A stretch of 41,378 nucleotides of DNA. Source: a virus (lineage: Duplodnaviria > Caudoviricetes). The translations under genes were made by a program, and so were the position numbers. The DNA lies in the IMG/VR virus record IMGVR_UViG_3300030102_000576, positions 1-41,378 of that record; one strand, given 5' to 3'. Below the pieces are notes generated by a model. The model searched no databases and was not told the DNA's origin. It saw only the letters and a list, made by a program, of their open reading frames with translations. This document shows, in pieces, positions 18,005-29,500 of this stretch; the first letter of the stretch is position 1; each line of letters opens with the position of its first letter.

Positions 18005-20470
18005 ATGCCAACGACACGCACGTTTAGTCAAGCTTTTGCAGGCGGTGAGATATCACCAGAAATGTTTGGTCGTATATCAGATACTAAATATCAAACAGGT
18101 GCAGCAAAAATGCGTAATTTTATTGCTAAACCACAAGGACCTGCTGAAAACAGAGCAGGTTTAAAATTTGTAAAAGAAGTAAAAGATAGTACAAAAGCTA
18201 CAAGATTATTATCATTTACATTCAATACCACCCAAACAATGGTTATTGAAATGGGTGATCAATATTTTAGGTTTCATACTCAAGGATTAACACTGCAATA
18301 CACTGCAGGTGCTGCTTGGAATAGCAGTACAAATTATTCTATTGGAGCTATAGCTTCTAGTGGTGGTAATAATTATTATTCAAGAACTGGCGGTACTAAT
18401 AAGGCTTTGTCTAATGCTACACATTGGTATTTGTTGCCTGCTGATTTAACCTACGAAATACCTTCAGATTATTTAGAAGCAGAATTATTTGATGTTCACT
18501 ACGTGCAGTCAGCAGACATTATTACACTAGTGCATCCTAATCACCCACCTAAAGAATTAAAAAGATTTGGTGCAACTAATTGGCAATTAGAAACTATTAA
18601 TTTTGGTACTCCTATTGCTGCACCTACTGGTGTGTCTGCAAGTAGATCTATACCAAACTCTGCCAATGTCCAAACAGATACTTATGAATCACACAAATAT
18701 AAAGTTACAGCAGTTTTGGCAGATCAAGTTAGTGAAAGTTCTGGATCTTCTACTGCATCTGTAAGCAATAATATTTACGTCACAGGTGCTAAAAATACAA
18801 TAACTTGGAACGCAAGAACAGGTGCAAGCACATATCGTGTCTACAAAGAACAGGGTGGTATATTTGGTTTTATCGGAGAAACTGCAACTACAACTTTAGT
18901 TGACAACAATATAGGACCAGACTTTTCTAGAACACCTCCAAAGTTTGAAAACGAGTTTCAATCTACTGGAAATTATCCTGGTGCAGTTTCTTATTTTGAG
19001 CAACGCAGAGTATTTGCAGGTACTAATAATGAACCGCAAAGTATTTTTATGACTAAGTCAGGTACTGAAAGTAATTTATCTTTTGGCTTACCTATACGTG
19101 ATGATGACCGAGTTAAGTTTAAAGTTGCTGCTCGTGAAGCAAATACAATTCGACACATCGTACCACTGACACAACTTGTATTGCTTACAGGATCAGCAGA
19201 GTGGAGAGTATCTTCTATTAACAATGACGCTATTACACCGTCATCTATATCTGTAAAACCACAATCATATGTTGGATCTAACAATGCACAGCCTGTAATT
19301 GTAAATAACAGTATGGTTTATGCAGCAGCTCGTGGAGGTCATATTAGAGAACTAGGCTATAACTGGCAGGCTAATGGTTTCATTACAGGAGATTTGTCAT
19401 TACGTGCTCCGCATTTGTTTGATAATTTAACTGTTGTAGATATGGCTTTATCTAAATCACCAATACCAATTGTTTATTTTGTAAGTAGTAATGGCAAGAT
19501 GATTGGTCTTACATATGTTCCAGAACAATCCATAGGTGCATGGCATCAACATGATACAGACGGTTTGTTTGAAAGCGTTGCAAGTGTATCTGAAGGTAAT
19601 GATGATGTTATATATGCAGTAGTAAAAAGAACTGTTAATGGTAATAGTGTTAGATATGTAGAACGTATGGGAACTAGATTGTTTGAAAATCCAAGAGATT
19701 GTTTTTTTGTTGACGCAGGTGCAACACTTAATGGTACTAACACAGATCCAACAAGAACTGTAACTATCACAGGCGGTACTACTTATAAAAAAGGAGAGAT
19801 CATAACAATAACCACAAACTATGATTTATTTAATGCACCACCTAGCACTGATGATGTTGGTGACGCAATAGTATTAGTAGACGGCACAAACTATTACAGA
19901 TTAAATATTGTTGCTACATCGACCCAAAGAATAGCTACAGCTAAATTAGACAGAGATTTACCTGTTGCACAACGCAATACTGCAATATCAAGTTTTGAAG
20001 TAGCACGTAATAAAATCTCAGGTATTACATGGTTAGAAGGAAAAACAGTAAGCATACTTGCAGATGGTGCAGTACATCCACAAAGAGTTGTAACTAGTGG
20101 CACTATTACTTTAGATCGTGCGTCTTCTATTGTGCATTTTGGTTTGCCTTACGATAGCGATTTAGAAACTTTACCTTTAGCGTTACAAGCAGAAGCATTT
20201 GGTCAAGGTCGTGTTAAAAACTTAAATCATGCTTGGTTACGAGTATTAGAATCTTCGGGTATCTTTGCAGGTCCTACACCAGATAAATTAGTAGAAGCAA
20301 AGCAACGTACAACAGAACCATATGGAACACCACCTGCTCTAAAAACAGAGGATATAAAAATAATGTTAACTCCTACGTGGTCAGATTATGGACAAATATT
20401 TATAAGACAAAATGACCCATTACCTTTGACTATTGTAGGTATAACCTTAGAAGTAGCTGTAGGTGGATAG
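18005..20470 (+). CDS. tail tubular protein B (nozzle)
   Basis: FAGGEISP...GR.., PQG...R.G..F, QSAD, YP..V..FEQR..FA, AWHQH, PLPLTI; 821 aa. Confidence 0.9.
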   Translation: MPTTRTFSQAFAGGEISPEMFGRISDTKYQTGAAKMRNFIAKPQGPAENRAGLKFVKEVKDSTKATRLLSFTFNTTQTMVIEMGDQYFRFHTQGLTLQYTAGAAWNSSTNYSIGAIASSGGNNYYSRTGGTNKALSNATHWYLLPADLTYEIPSDYLEAELFDVHYVQSADIITLVHPNHPPKELKRFGATNWQLETINFGTPIAAPTGVSASRSIPNSANVQTDTYESHKYKVTAVLADQVSESSGSSTASVSNNIYVTGAKNTITWNARTGASTYRVYKEQGGIFGFIGETATTTLVDNNIGPDFSRTPPKFENEFQSTGNYPGAVSYFEQRRVFAGTNNEPQSIFMTKSGTESNLSFGLPIRDDDRVKFKVAAREANTIRHIVPLTQLVLLTGSAEWRVSSINNDAITPSSISVKPQSYVGSNNAQPVIVNNSMVYAAARGGHIRELGYNWQANGFITGDLSLRAPHLFDNLTVVDMALSKSPIPIVYFVSSNGKMIGLTYVPEQSIGAWHQHDTDGLFESVASVSEGNDDVIYAVVKRTVNGNSVRYVERMGTRLFENPRDCFFVDAGATLNGTNTDPTRTVTITGGTTYKKGEIITITTNYDLFNAPPSTDDVGDAIVLVDGTNYYRLNIVATSTQRIATAKLDRDLPVAQRNTAISSFEVARNKISGITWLEGKTVSILADGAVHPQRVVTSGTITLDRASSIVHFGLPYDSDLETLPLALQAEAFGQGRVKNLNHAWLRVLESSGIFAGPTPDKLVEAKQRTTEPYGTPPALKTEDIKIMLTPTWSDYGQIFIRQNDPLPLTIVGITLEVAVGG

Positions 20471-20503
20471 TGTGACCGTAATCCTATAAAGTGTTTGTAT
20501 AGT
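20470..20503 (+). promoter_or_regulatory. late-promoter-like motif, copy 3
   Basis: GTGTGACCGTAA (20470-20481), 16 nt, TATAGT (20498-20503). Confidence 0.75.
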
Positions 20504-20549
20504 ATAAAAAATAGAAGGTGTTGATCTTATGTCAAAGGAGGTAAGATAA

Positions 20550-21122
20550 ATGGCAATGAGTGCTAATGCAATAAGCAATTTAAATAAATTTGGTGCTGTT
20601 ATGCAGGTTGGTGGTCTTGCCACTGGTTTGGTCGGGTCATATTTCCAATCAAAATTTCAAGCTAATAAATTAAAGAGTCAGGCACTACAGTTTGAACATC
20701 AACAGACAATGGCAAAAATAAATGCCAGAGCAATAGAAAGTCAGGCACAACATATAGCAAGACAATATGATAAGCAACTACAAATTAAGACCTTACAACA
20801 AGGACAGCAAGCAGGTAAAAGAAGAGCAAGTACTGCTGCTAGAGGTGGTGCTATAGGATATGGAAGTTCAAGAGATGTGGCTGCAAGCCAAGAAATATTA
20901 AATGAAATAGATAAGTTAACTATCAATGTTAATAAAGTCAAAGCCGTAGGTAATATGCGGACTAGAGGTGTAGACGCAAAGATAAGATCAGATATGTTGG
21001 GAGTATCGGCAGGCAATATGTTTGCCAGTGCTAATTCTGTTAGTCCGTTTTTAAATATGAGTAGCACATTGTTAACTGGTGTTGGACCTGCTGCAACATC
21101 AATCGCTAAAGCATTTGGTTAG
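20550..21122 (+). CDS. internal virion (ejection) protein, T7 gp14-like position
   Basis: G/A/Q-rich helical protein with hydrophobic termini; AAGGAGGT RBS; first of three core genes. Confidence 0.7.
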   Translation: MAMSANAISNLNKFGAVMQVGGLATGLVGSYFQSKFQANKLKSQALQFEHQQTMAKINARAIESQAQHIARQYDKQLQIKTLQQGQQAGKRRASTAARGGAIGYGSSRDVAASQEILNEIDKLTINVNKVKAVGNMRTRGVDAKIRSDMLGVSAGNMFASANSVSPFLNMSSTLLTGVGPAATSIAKAFG

Positions 21123-21124
21123 TT

Positions 21125-23509
21125 ATGGCATTACAAGTTCCCTCAGTACAAATAGAAGGTGGTGGTGTACCTATGCTTCAAGGCGGTTCAGTAACACCGC
21201 AACAAGATACTGTCACAGGTGACATAAAAAAACTAGGACAAGCACAACAACAAGCAGGACAACAAATATCAGCAATAGCAGAAAAGCTACAAGACGAGCG
21301 TGACGATGCTGTTTTTAAGGAAAAACATAATGAATATGTAAAAGCAGTAAGCGAAAAAAAATTAGAGTTTGCAAGATTACAAGGTAAAAATGCAATTGAA
21401 AAAGTTAGTGAAAGAGAGGATGGAACACCAATAACAAAACTTGATCAGGTAAAACAAGAGTTATCTGATTTAATGACGGAGTTTGAAGGGCAACTAGAAA
21501 ACGAAGATCAAAAATATATGTTTAGGACAGCATCAGCTAGTACTCTAAATTCTGCTAGTACAATGATGACTAAGCATGAAATTATAGAAGGACAGAAATA
21601 TCAAAATGCACAACACAAAGCAGGTATAGATTTAGCTGCTGATACTACAGGACAATCGTATGAAGATTGGCATGACCCAGAAGGTGAATTTAAAAAGAAT
21701 GCTTTAGTAGGTCTTAAATTAATTGCAGATCATGGCATGAGAACAGGTATGTCAGAGCTGCAAATACAAGCAGAAGTTGTCAAATTTCAAAACAAAGTAC
21801 ACTCATCTACACTTAATCAAATGATGGGTAATGATGATTACTTAGATGCAAAAGCTTATTTAGAACAAGCGGTATCAACAGGCAACATGGATGCAGCTAC
21901 ATATTCATTGTTTGCAGAAAAAGTAGAAAAAGGTTATGACGAATTTAAAGGTAAATATAAAGCAAACGCATTATTAAATTTTGAAGGTAATACAAATGAT
22001 GGTAATGCTTTGACCAGTATTAACAGAGTGCTGTCGTTAGATAGTTTTAATCAATACGACAATGGTGCAGGTGAACACGTTGAGTATGGTCACGTTCCAT
22101 CTAAACATAATACAAATGGAATGACGGAAGAAAATGCAAAAGTAAATTTAGAAAATTTGCAAAAAACTTCTAAGTTTTATGTAGAAGGTCAAGGTATTTC
22201 TTTAGAACCACAGCATCAAACTTCGCATTTATTTATGGCACAAATTTTTGGTGTTGAAAAAGCAGATCAATTTTTTAGTAAAGCTAAAAAGGATCTAGGA
22301 GATATTGATAAAGAAAGAATGAAAACAGATGCAACTTATGCAAAACAAGTTAATCAAAGTTTATTACAAGGTGCAATAAATTATGCAAACAATTCAGCTA
22401 AAGAAAAATTTACTGAAGACAATTCTAGATACGCAGATATTGTTGCTAATGATTTAGAAATATTAAAAGGAGAAACAGATTACACAGGAGAACAGATTGT
22501 AAGAAGAGATGACAAAACAGGATTAGAATTAAAAGCTGATTTAAGAAAAAAATTAAAAGAAAGAATCCAAGATAAAGATCAACTTGAGTATGCACTAGCT
22601 GAATTAGATTCTAATTACGATGATATAAAAACCGATAGAGAAGAAGCATATGATGCAGATTTAGAAGAAGCATACAAAATAGCGTTTGCAAAACCAAATG
22701 GATTTAAAGACATAAAAGATATTGATAGATTTTTACCAGAGGATATTACAAAACTAAAAAATGGTCACCCAGAAAAATCTGAAACATCAGCAATAAATGA
22801 ATTATTGAGTGATCCTATGAATCTAAAAAACATAGAACAATACCGACATCGTTTAACGCAATCTGATTATTTTACTTATAAACAAAAGGCAGAAAAACTT
22901 GGTGGATCTTCTAGTGGAGCAAACTACATAGAAGCATCAGGTGACGCTGCTGTTTTTAAAGATCAATTAAGATTATATGATTTAGGAGATTTACTTGGTT
23001 CTAAAGAAAATCAGAAAGCAGGTTATAACAAACTTATGGTTACTTGGGAAAACGAAATAGATCTTGCACAAATAGCAAATAATAATAAAAAAATTAGTCG
23101 TGCCGAAAAAACATTATTACTAAAAAAAATATTAGAAGATAAAGTCTTTAGGACTAATTCTTTAAATCGTGATGGCGGTGTAAATAGGTTCTTGTTATCA
23201 GAACAAGCATTAAAAGCAGCATATGTAAAAGTTGTAAACCCAAATACTATGAAAGTAGAAAACGTAAAATTATCACATATACCAAGAGAGATAAACACAG
23301 AATTAGAAAAACAAATGAGAGCTAAAGGTTTGACGGTTACAGGTCAGACGTTAGTACAAAAATGGGTTGACTATGGTAAGCCAAGAAATCTAGATGATTT
23401 AGAAGAATATGTAGACAGAGTTAAAACAACAGATAATTTTGTAGAAGCTTTAAAGTCAAGTGGTAGTGGAGAGGACAATAGTTTTTCAGCATACAGAGGT
23501 AGTTTATGA
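21125..23509 (+). CDS. internal virion (ejection) protein, T7 gp15-like position
   Basis: 794-aa charged helical protein; assigned by synteny only. Confidence 0.65.
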   Translation: MALQVPSVQIEGGGVPMLQGGSVTPQQDTVTGDIKKLGQAQQQAGQQISAIAEKLQDERDDAVFKEKHNEYVKAVSEKKLEFARLQGKNAIEKVSEREDGTPITKLDQVKQELSDLMTEFEGQLENEDQKYMFRTASASTLNSASTMMTKHEIIEGQKYQNAQHKAGIDLAADTTGQSYEDWHDPEGEFKKNALVGLKLIADHGMRTGMSELQIQAEVVKFQNKVHSSTLNQMMGNDDYLDAKAYLEQAVSTGNMDAATYSLFAEKVEKGYDEFKGKYKANALLNFEGNTNDGNALTSINRVLSLDSFNQYDNGAGEHVEYGHVPSKHNTNGMTEENAKVNLENLQKTSKFYVEGQGISLEPQHQTSHLFMAQIFGVEKADQFFSKAKKDLGDIDKERMKTDATYAKQVNQSLLQGAINYANNSAKEKFTEDNSRYADIVANDLEILKGETDYTGEQIVRRDDKTGLELKADLRKKLKERIQDKDQLEYALAELDSNYDDIKTDREEAYDADLEEAYKIAFAKPNGFKDIKDIDRFLPEDITKLKNGHPEKSETSAINELLSDPMNLKNIEQYRHRLTQSDYFTYKQKAEKLGGSSSGANYIEASGDAAVFKDQLRLYDLGDLLGSKENQKAGYNKLMVTWENEIDLAQIANNNKKISRAEKTLLLKKILEDKVFRTNSLNRDGGVNRFLLSEQALKAAYVKVVNPNTMKVENVKLSHIPREINTELEKQMRAKGLTVTGQTLVQKWVDYGKPRNLDDLEEYVDRVKTTDNFVEALKSSGSGEDNSFSAYRGSL

Positions 23510-26500
23510 CTGATTCTTTTAATGATTTAGTAAACCGCAGACCTAATCAAAACATAGGACACTTTAGCCAAAAAACTGGTTTTGATTATTTATTGCAAAG
23601 AGAAGAAGACGAAAGAGAAAAGCAAATAAAACAAATGTTAAAACTTATCTCTGACAAAGATCCTGACAGAGTAGGTGAAGCACAGAAATTAGCAGCAAGT
23701 TTAAATTTACCTGCAAGCGTAGCGTTAGACAGTGATGATGCCGTACAACGACTTGCACAGTTAAATAAACAAAAACAAATAGATGAAGTCAGATTTGCAG
23801 GTGTAAATCCTATTTTAGAAAGACAGATGTTAGATAAAAATTTTGCTGCTATAGCACACGATAATGTTGAAGAACTTGGATTAATTGAAGGTACATTTAC
23901 AGGTATAAAAAATCTGCCTGACAACTTAGCTCAAGGTTTTGAAAAAGGCAGATTAATGGACGAGCTAGGTCGTTTAGGATTTAGACAACAATTAGGCAGA
24001 ATAGGTGGTACAGAAGAAGGGCAAAAAGTCATAGAACGTGTTAACGAAATAAACAAACGTATACAAGAATTAGACAGTGATGGTTCTGGTATGTGGGAAA
24101 ACACATCAGAATTTGTTGGGCAGTGGTCTAAGACAATGCCTAAAGCTATAGGATTTGGTACAGCAACTGGTGCGACTTGGGCAGTAGTTGGTGGTGCAGT
24201 CGGTGGTCCTTTTGCTCCTGCTACAGCAAAGGGTGGTTTTGTGTCAGGATTTATGGCAGGTTTTGTCGGCTCTATGACAGTCGATGGTTTTATTGTAGAA
24301 AGTGGTCATGCATACCAAGAAATGATTAGTAGTGGTGTAAGCCATGAAGTGGCCAGAAATGTAGGCTTTGGTGTGGGTGCAGTGAACGCAGCTCTAGAAG
24401 TAGTTGGTACAGGATTTGCTGTTGCACCATTTAAAAAATTATTAGTAAGAGAGGTAACAAAAAAAGTTAGCAAACAATTATTAAAACCAACATTCTCAAG
24501 AGTCTTAGTTGAAACATCTAAAGATGCATTTACATCTTGGGCAGGAGAAGTTGGCACTGAAGTTTTACAAGAGCTGTCAAATATTGCAGGTAACGATATA
24601 GCAAAATCATTTGAAAAAGGTGAATTTGAAACTTTAATACAAACAGAACAAGGTCGCAGTGAAATAGCAACTAGATTAGTTCAAATCATACAGAAAGTAG
24701 GAACAGGAATGATACCACTAGCAGGTCTTGGTGGTGCTTCTACATTTATTGGAAATTATGGACGTATAACAAAAGCAGAAAAGGAACAAACTTTTTTAAA
24801 AGACTTGATGAATTTATCAAGCACTAATAAGACAAGACTAAGAAATCCTAATTTCTTTCAAACATATATGCAAAAAGTTGCTAATGGCAATGACGTACCA
24901 AATGTATTTGTAGATAACGAAAAATTTAACCAAGCCATGAAAGACACTGGTGTCACTATGGAACAGTTAGAATTGTTCGCACCAGATTTAGCAGACTCAA
25001 TAAAAGAATTAAATGGAGCAGGTGGTCAGGGAGATGTAGAGATTGAAACAGGATTCCTTGCATCAAAGTTAGGCGGTACAGATTTAGGCGATGCATTGCA
25101 ACCTCACATACGAGTTAAGTACGATAGTTTTTCTGCACAAGAAGCTTTTGAGTTTTCACAAAACAGAACTGATTTTACGCAACAAGCGTTAGACGTAATG
25201 GTAGAAGAAGACAAAAAAGGTCAAGCATTTAGAGAAGAAGCAGAGCAAGTAAGAAAAGATATGGTAAGGCAAATATCTGCTTTAAATTTAAGATTTTCAA
25301 AACAAACAATTAATAATTACGCAGCATTTTATAGAGACTTTATTGTTACACAAGCAAATGCTTTAGGAATGTCACCTCTTGAGTTTGCAGAAAAAAATGG
25401 TTTAAAAGTCATAACACAACAACAAGCAACGACTAGATCATTAAGTAGATTGTTTAATCAAAATGGTACAGCCAAAACAACTAGTGCTGCTTTTAAAAAG
25501 TTTTTTGGAAAATCAGTTTTAAAAAATAAAGACGGTACACCACAAGTACTAATGCATGGTACTGCTGATAGTATTGATGGTTTTAATTTAAATTACTCAC
25601 ATAAACGAGATAGTGGTTGGGGAGGATCAGGTGTTTATCTAATTGATAATGAAGTAATTGCTAACATAAATCAAAGCCGTAAAGAACAAAAGAAAATAAA
25701 CGGACAGTTAGTAAATGATGGTAAGGGCAAAAATATGATGCGATTATTCGCACGTTTAGAAAATCCATACTTTGCAACGCATGATGATAAACAAGCATTA
25801 ATGAACAATAGTAAAGAAGCATCAAATGCATTTAAAGAAAAATTAATTAACGAAGGCTATGACGGTATTATTTACAAACAAAAAGGTTTTAATGAATATA
25901 TTATTTTTGATAATGACGCAGTTAGATCAGAGTCTAATAGTGCTTTATGGGAAAATGAAATAGAACAGGCGTTAACTGAACAAGCCCTAGAAGAAGAAGT
26001 ATTTAACCAAAAACAAAAACAAGAACAAGGCAAACCAATTCCAGATTTTCTTGTTGGTATTGCAAAGCTTGCAAATAGTTTTAAATTTGCAGGACAAAAA
26101 CAATACCAAACTAATCGTGATTTTAAAGTTGCATTACAAGATAGACTCAAATCTGAAGCAAAAAAAGCAAGCGTTGATCTATCACAATTTACTGTAGAAG
26201 CACAAAAGTATTTAGTAAAAACATTATTAGAAGATGCAAAATTTGCATTAGAAACAAATCCTAATGCTGTTGGTTGGTATAACGAAAAAGTTACTAAGGC
26301 ATTGGCTGTACTATCAAAAATCCATCCCGAAATAGCTACAGACCCACAGGCTAAATTTGCATTTATTTGGGCACTAGCTAATACTTCCAATGGTTTGAAA
26401 GTAGATAAAAATTTTGAATTAGCACAACAAGCATATAGTTATTATTCAGAAAACGGAGTTATGCCAACAGACATTGGTATAGGAGATGCAAGTGCTGCAA

Positions 26501-29500
26501 TAAATAACAACATGAAATTGTTTAACAGATTAATGGATGAAAAAGGTTTTGAAGACTTTGAGCAATTTATGAAAACTATGCATACTGTCAAAGAAGTAGA
26601 AGCATATACTGGCAGTACTGTATCTGGCGAAAACAAAACAGAATTAGTTTATGGGGCAGCAGTTATGGGTCCTAAAATTGGTAATGGATTTTTTGCAAAC
26701 TTATATGGCAACTTTGAACAATTAACTATGGATAGATGGTTAATGCGTACATGGGGTCGCATGACAGGTACATTAATAACAGACTATACAAAACAAGCAA
26801 AAACAAAACGCACACAATTAAAAGGATTAATAAAAGGTTTATCTCTTAAAGATAAAAAAGCATTAGAAGCAATAATTGGTATAAAAATAAAACTCTCTGA
26901 TTTAGATGCGGTAGCAGTAGCAATACAAAAGGCAAGTATGAAACCTGCCAATAGAAAAGCTATGGCTAAGATTGCCACTATAGAAAATGTTAATAATGCA
27001 AATTACATTACAGAAATACTAGGTGACCCAAAAAGAAATATTGAAAGAATTGGTATTGGAGATGAAATACGTAAAGGTGGTAATGGTTTAGCCAAGTTTC
27101 TTGATGGGCAGAAAGAAGCACCAAGTGGACCTGTTGAAAGACGCAATATAAGAAAAGTATTTAATGAAGCGTTGACGATATTGCAACAGAGTGAAAAATC
27201 GCTTACAATGGCAGATCTACAGGCTCTTGTTTGGTATCCAGAAAAACGTCTGTATGATTCTGCAAAACTAAGTGAACAAGAACAGAATACAGGTTATGAG
27301 GATAACGAAGCACCTGACTATTCAAATGCTGCTGTTGACTTAGCACTTAAACTCGGTGTACCTGATGCCGAGATACAAACCACATTACAGGAGGTAGACA
27401 ATGAACTCAAACGTCAGGCCACTATCGGCACAGGAGGAAGTGAACTTGGAGAAGGAGCAGGAGGAACTATACAACGAGATAATATTGAAACAGACGAAGC
27501 AACAGGACTCCCCCTCAATCCAGACGGAACAGTTACCGTCTACCACCACACCAACAAACGAGCAGCAGAATCAATCAGAGAGTCCAGTGAACTTAGAAGT
27601 TCTGGAGAACCTGATGTCTACGTTACCACCAGAGATATCCCAGACACTGGCTATGGTGATACCTCAGTTGCAATCAGAGTCGACCCTTCTAGACTTAGTC
27701 TCGATGATGAATTCCCTAACGGACGAAGAGATTACAGACTCTCAGTTGGAAAGCCTAGAGGAACTATTCGAGTAGATGTAGGCGAATATTACGAAGATTT
27801 TAAAAAGCAAAGTGAAGTATTTTCACAGCAACAAATTCCTACTGAGGGTAATAGAGGACAATTTGATCCTAAAAAATTAACAGCAATATTAGGTCAGGAT
27901 GCTGATCTGTCTACTTTCTTGCATGAGTCAGCTCACTATATGCTGACTGTTATGGAAAATATAGTTTTATCTGGTCAGGGTACACAACAAATAAACGATG
28001 ATTTTAATGTATTACTAGATTTCTTTGGTGTTAAAGATGTTAAAGAATGGAGTAAGTTAACTACAAATAAAAAGAGAAAATACCATGAAGCATTTGCATA
28101 TAACTATGAACTATATTTATTTGAAGGCAAATCACCAAGTCTAAAATTAGCAGAACTATTTCATAGATTTAGTGGATACATAAGAGCTGTATATAAAACA
28201 GTAACTGGCGAGTTAAACGATGCATATAGAAAAGAAAATGGCAGAGATCTACCAATACTTACTGACGAAGTACGTGGTGTTATGGACAGATTACTTGCTA
28301 GTAAAGAGCAGATTTCAGAAGCACAAGCTGTATATGAAATGAAGCCTATGTTTGAAACGCAAGAGAGTAGTGGCATGAATGATGCTGATTGGGCTGAATA
28401 CACTAAAGCTATTAAAGCTGCAGTGGAAGCAGCAGTCATGTCTAATGATCAGGCAAACTTAAAACAAATGAAATGGCTTGATAACGCAAAAAGAGGTGTA
28501 TTAAAAGACTTGCAAAGAAAAGAAAATAAAACACGCAAAAGAGTAAAAGAAGAAGAAACTGTGAAAGCAGAAAACTTACCAATTTATAAACTAATAAAAT
28601 ATTTAAAAACAGGTGAAATCATTAATGCACAAGGTGAAAAGATAATACTAGAAAGTGGTTTTAAAATTAGTATCCCAGACTTACAAGAAATTTTGCCAGT
28701 AAATTTAAAATCAGAAAAAAATATTTATATGGCTTATAAAAAGAAATTACGTTACATGACTAGTGAAGATGGTATGTCTGTGTCAATGATTGCAGAGATG
28801 TTTGGTTTTGAAGATCCACTAGGAATGATTAATGAAATAGTACAAGTACAACCAATAAACGATTATATAAAAGATAAAACTGAACAACGTATGCTAGAAG
28901 AATACAGTGATTTAATGGACGAAAGAATAAAAGAATTACGTGTACAAGAAGCATTGCACAATGAAGCAAGAGCAAGATTTATATCTACAGAACTTAGATA
29001 TTTATCTAAATCTGGACAACCAGTTCGTTTCCAAGTGCAAGCTGCTAAACAAGTAGCAAGAGAAATATTGGGTGACAAAGTTTTAGCAGAAATACGTCCG
29101 ACTGTATTTGCACGTAACGAAGCAAGAGCTGCAAAAAAAGTTATGGAAGCATTAAAGAAAGGTGATTTAGAAGCAGCAATAGAAGCAAAACGAGGTCAGC
29201 TTATACAAAACCAATTAGCGAAAGAAGCAGTAGAAGTACATAAACGATTTGATAAATTTGAAAAATTAGCTTCAGATATATTTAATTCTGGCACAGATGA
29301 AAAGATAGCAAAATCTAGAAATATAAATAAAGTTAATGCTGCCAAGGCAATACTTGCACACTATGGATATGGTCCTCAAGTCGACAATCCTAGAAAATAT
29401 GTAAAGACATTAGAAACCAACGATCAATCTACATACGAACAAATATCACCATTGATAGATGATTTAACTGATTTAAGTTCTGCTGACGTTAAAGAGTTAA

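Noticed and set aside
25872-26390. 172-aa antisense ORF, and similar antisense ORFs in the track
   Set aside because: These mirror the sense frame of long genes, have no RBS, and are typical shadow ORFs.
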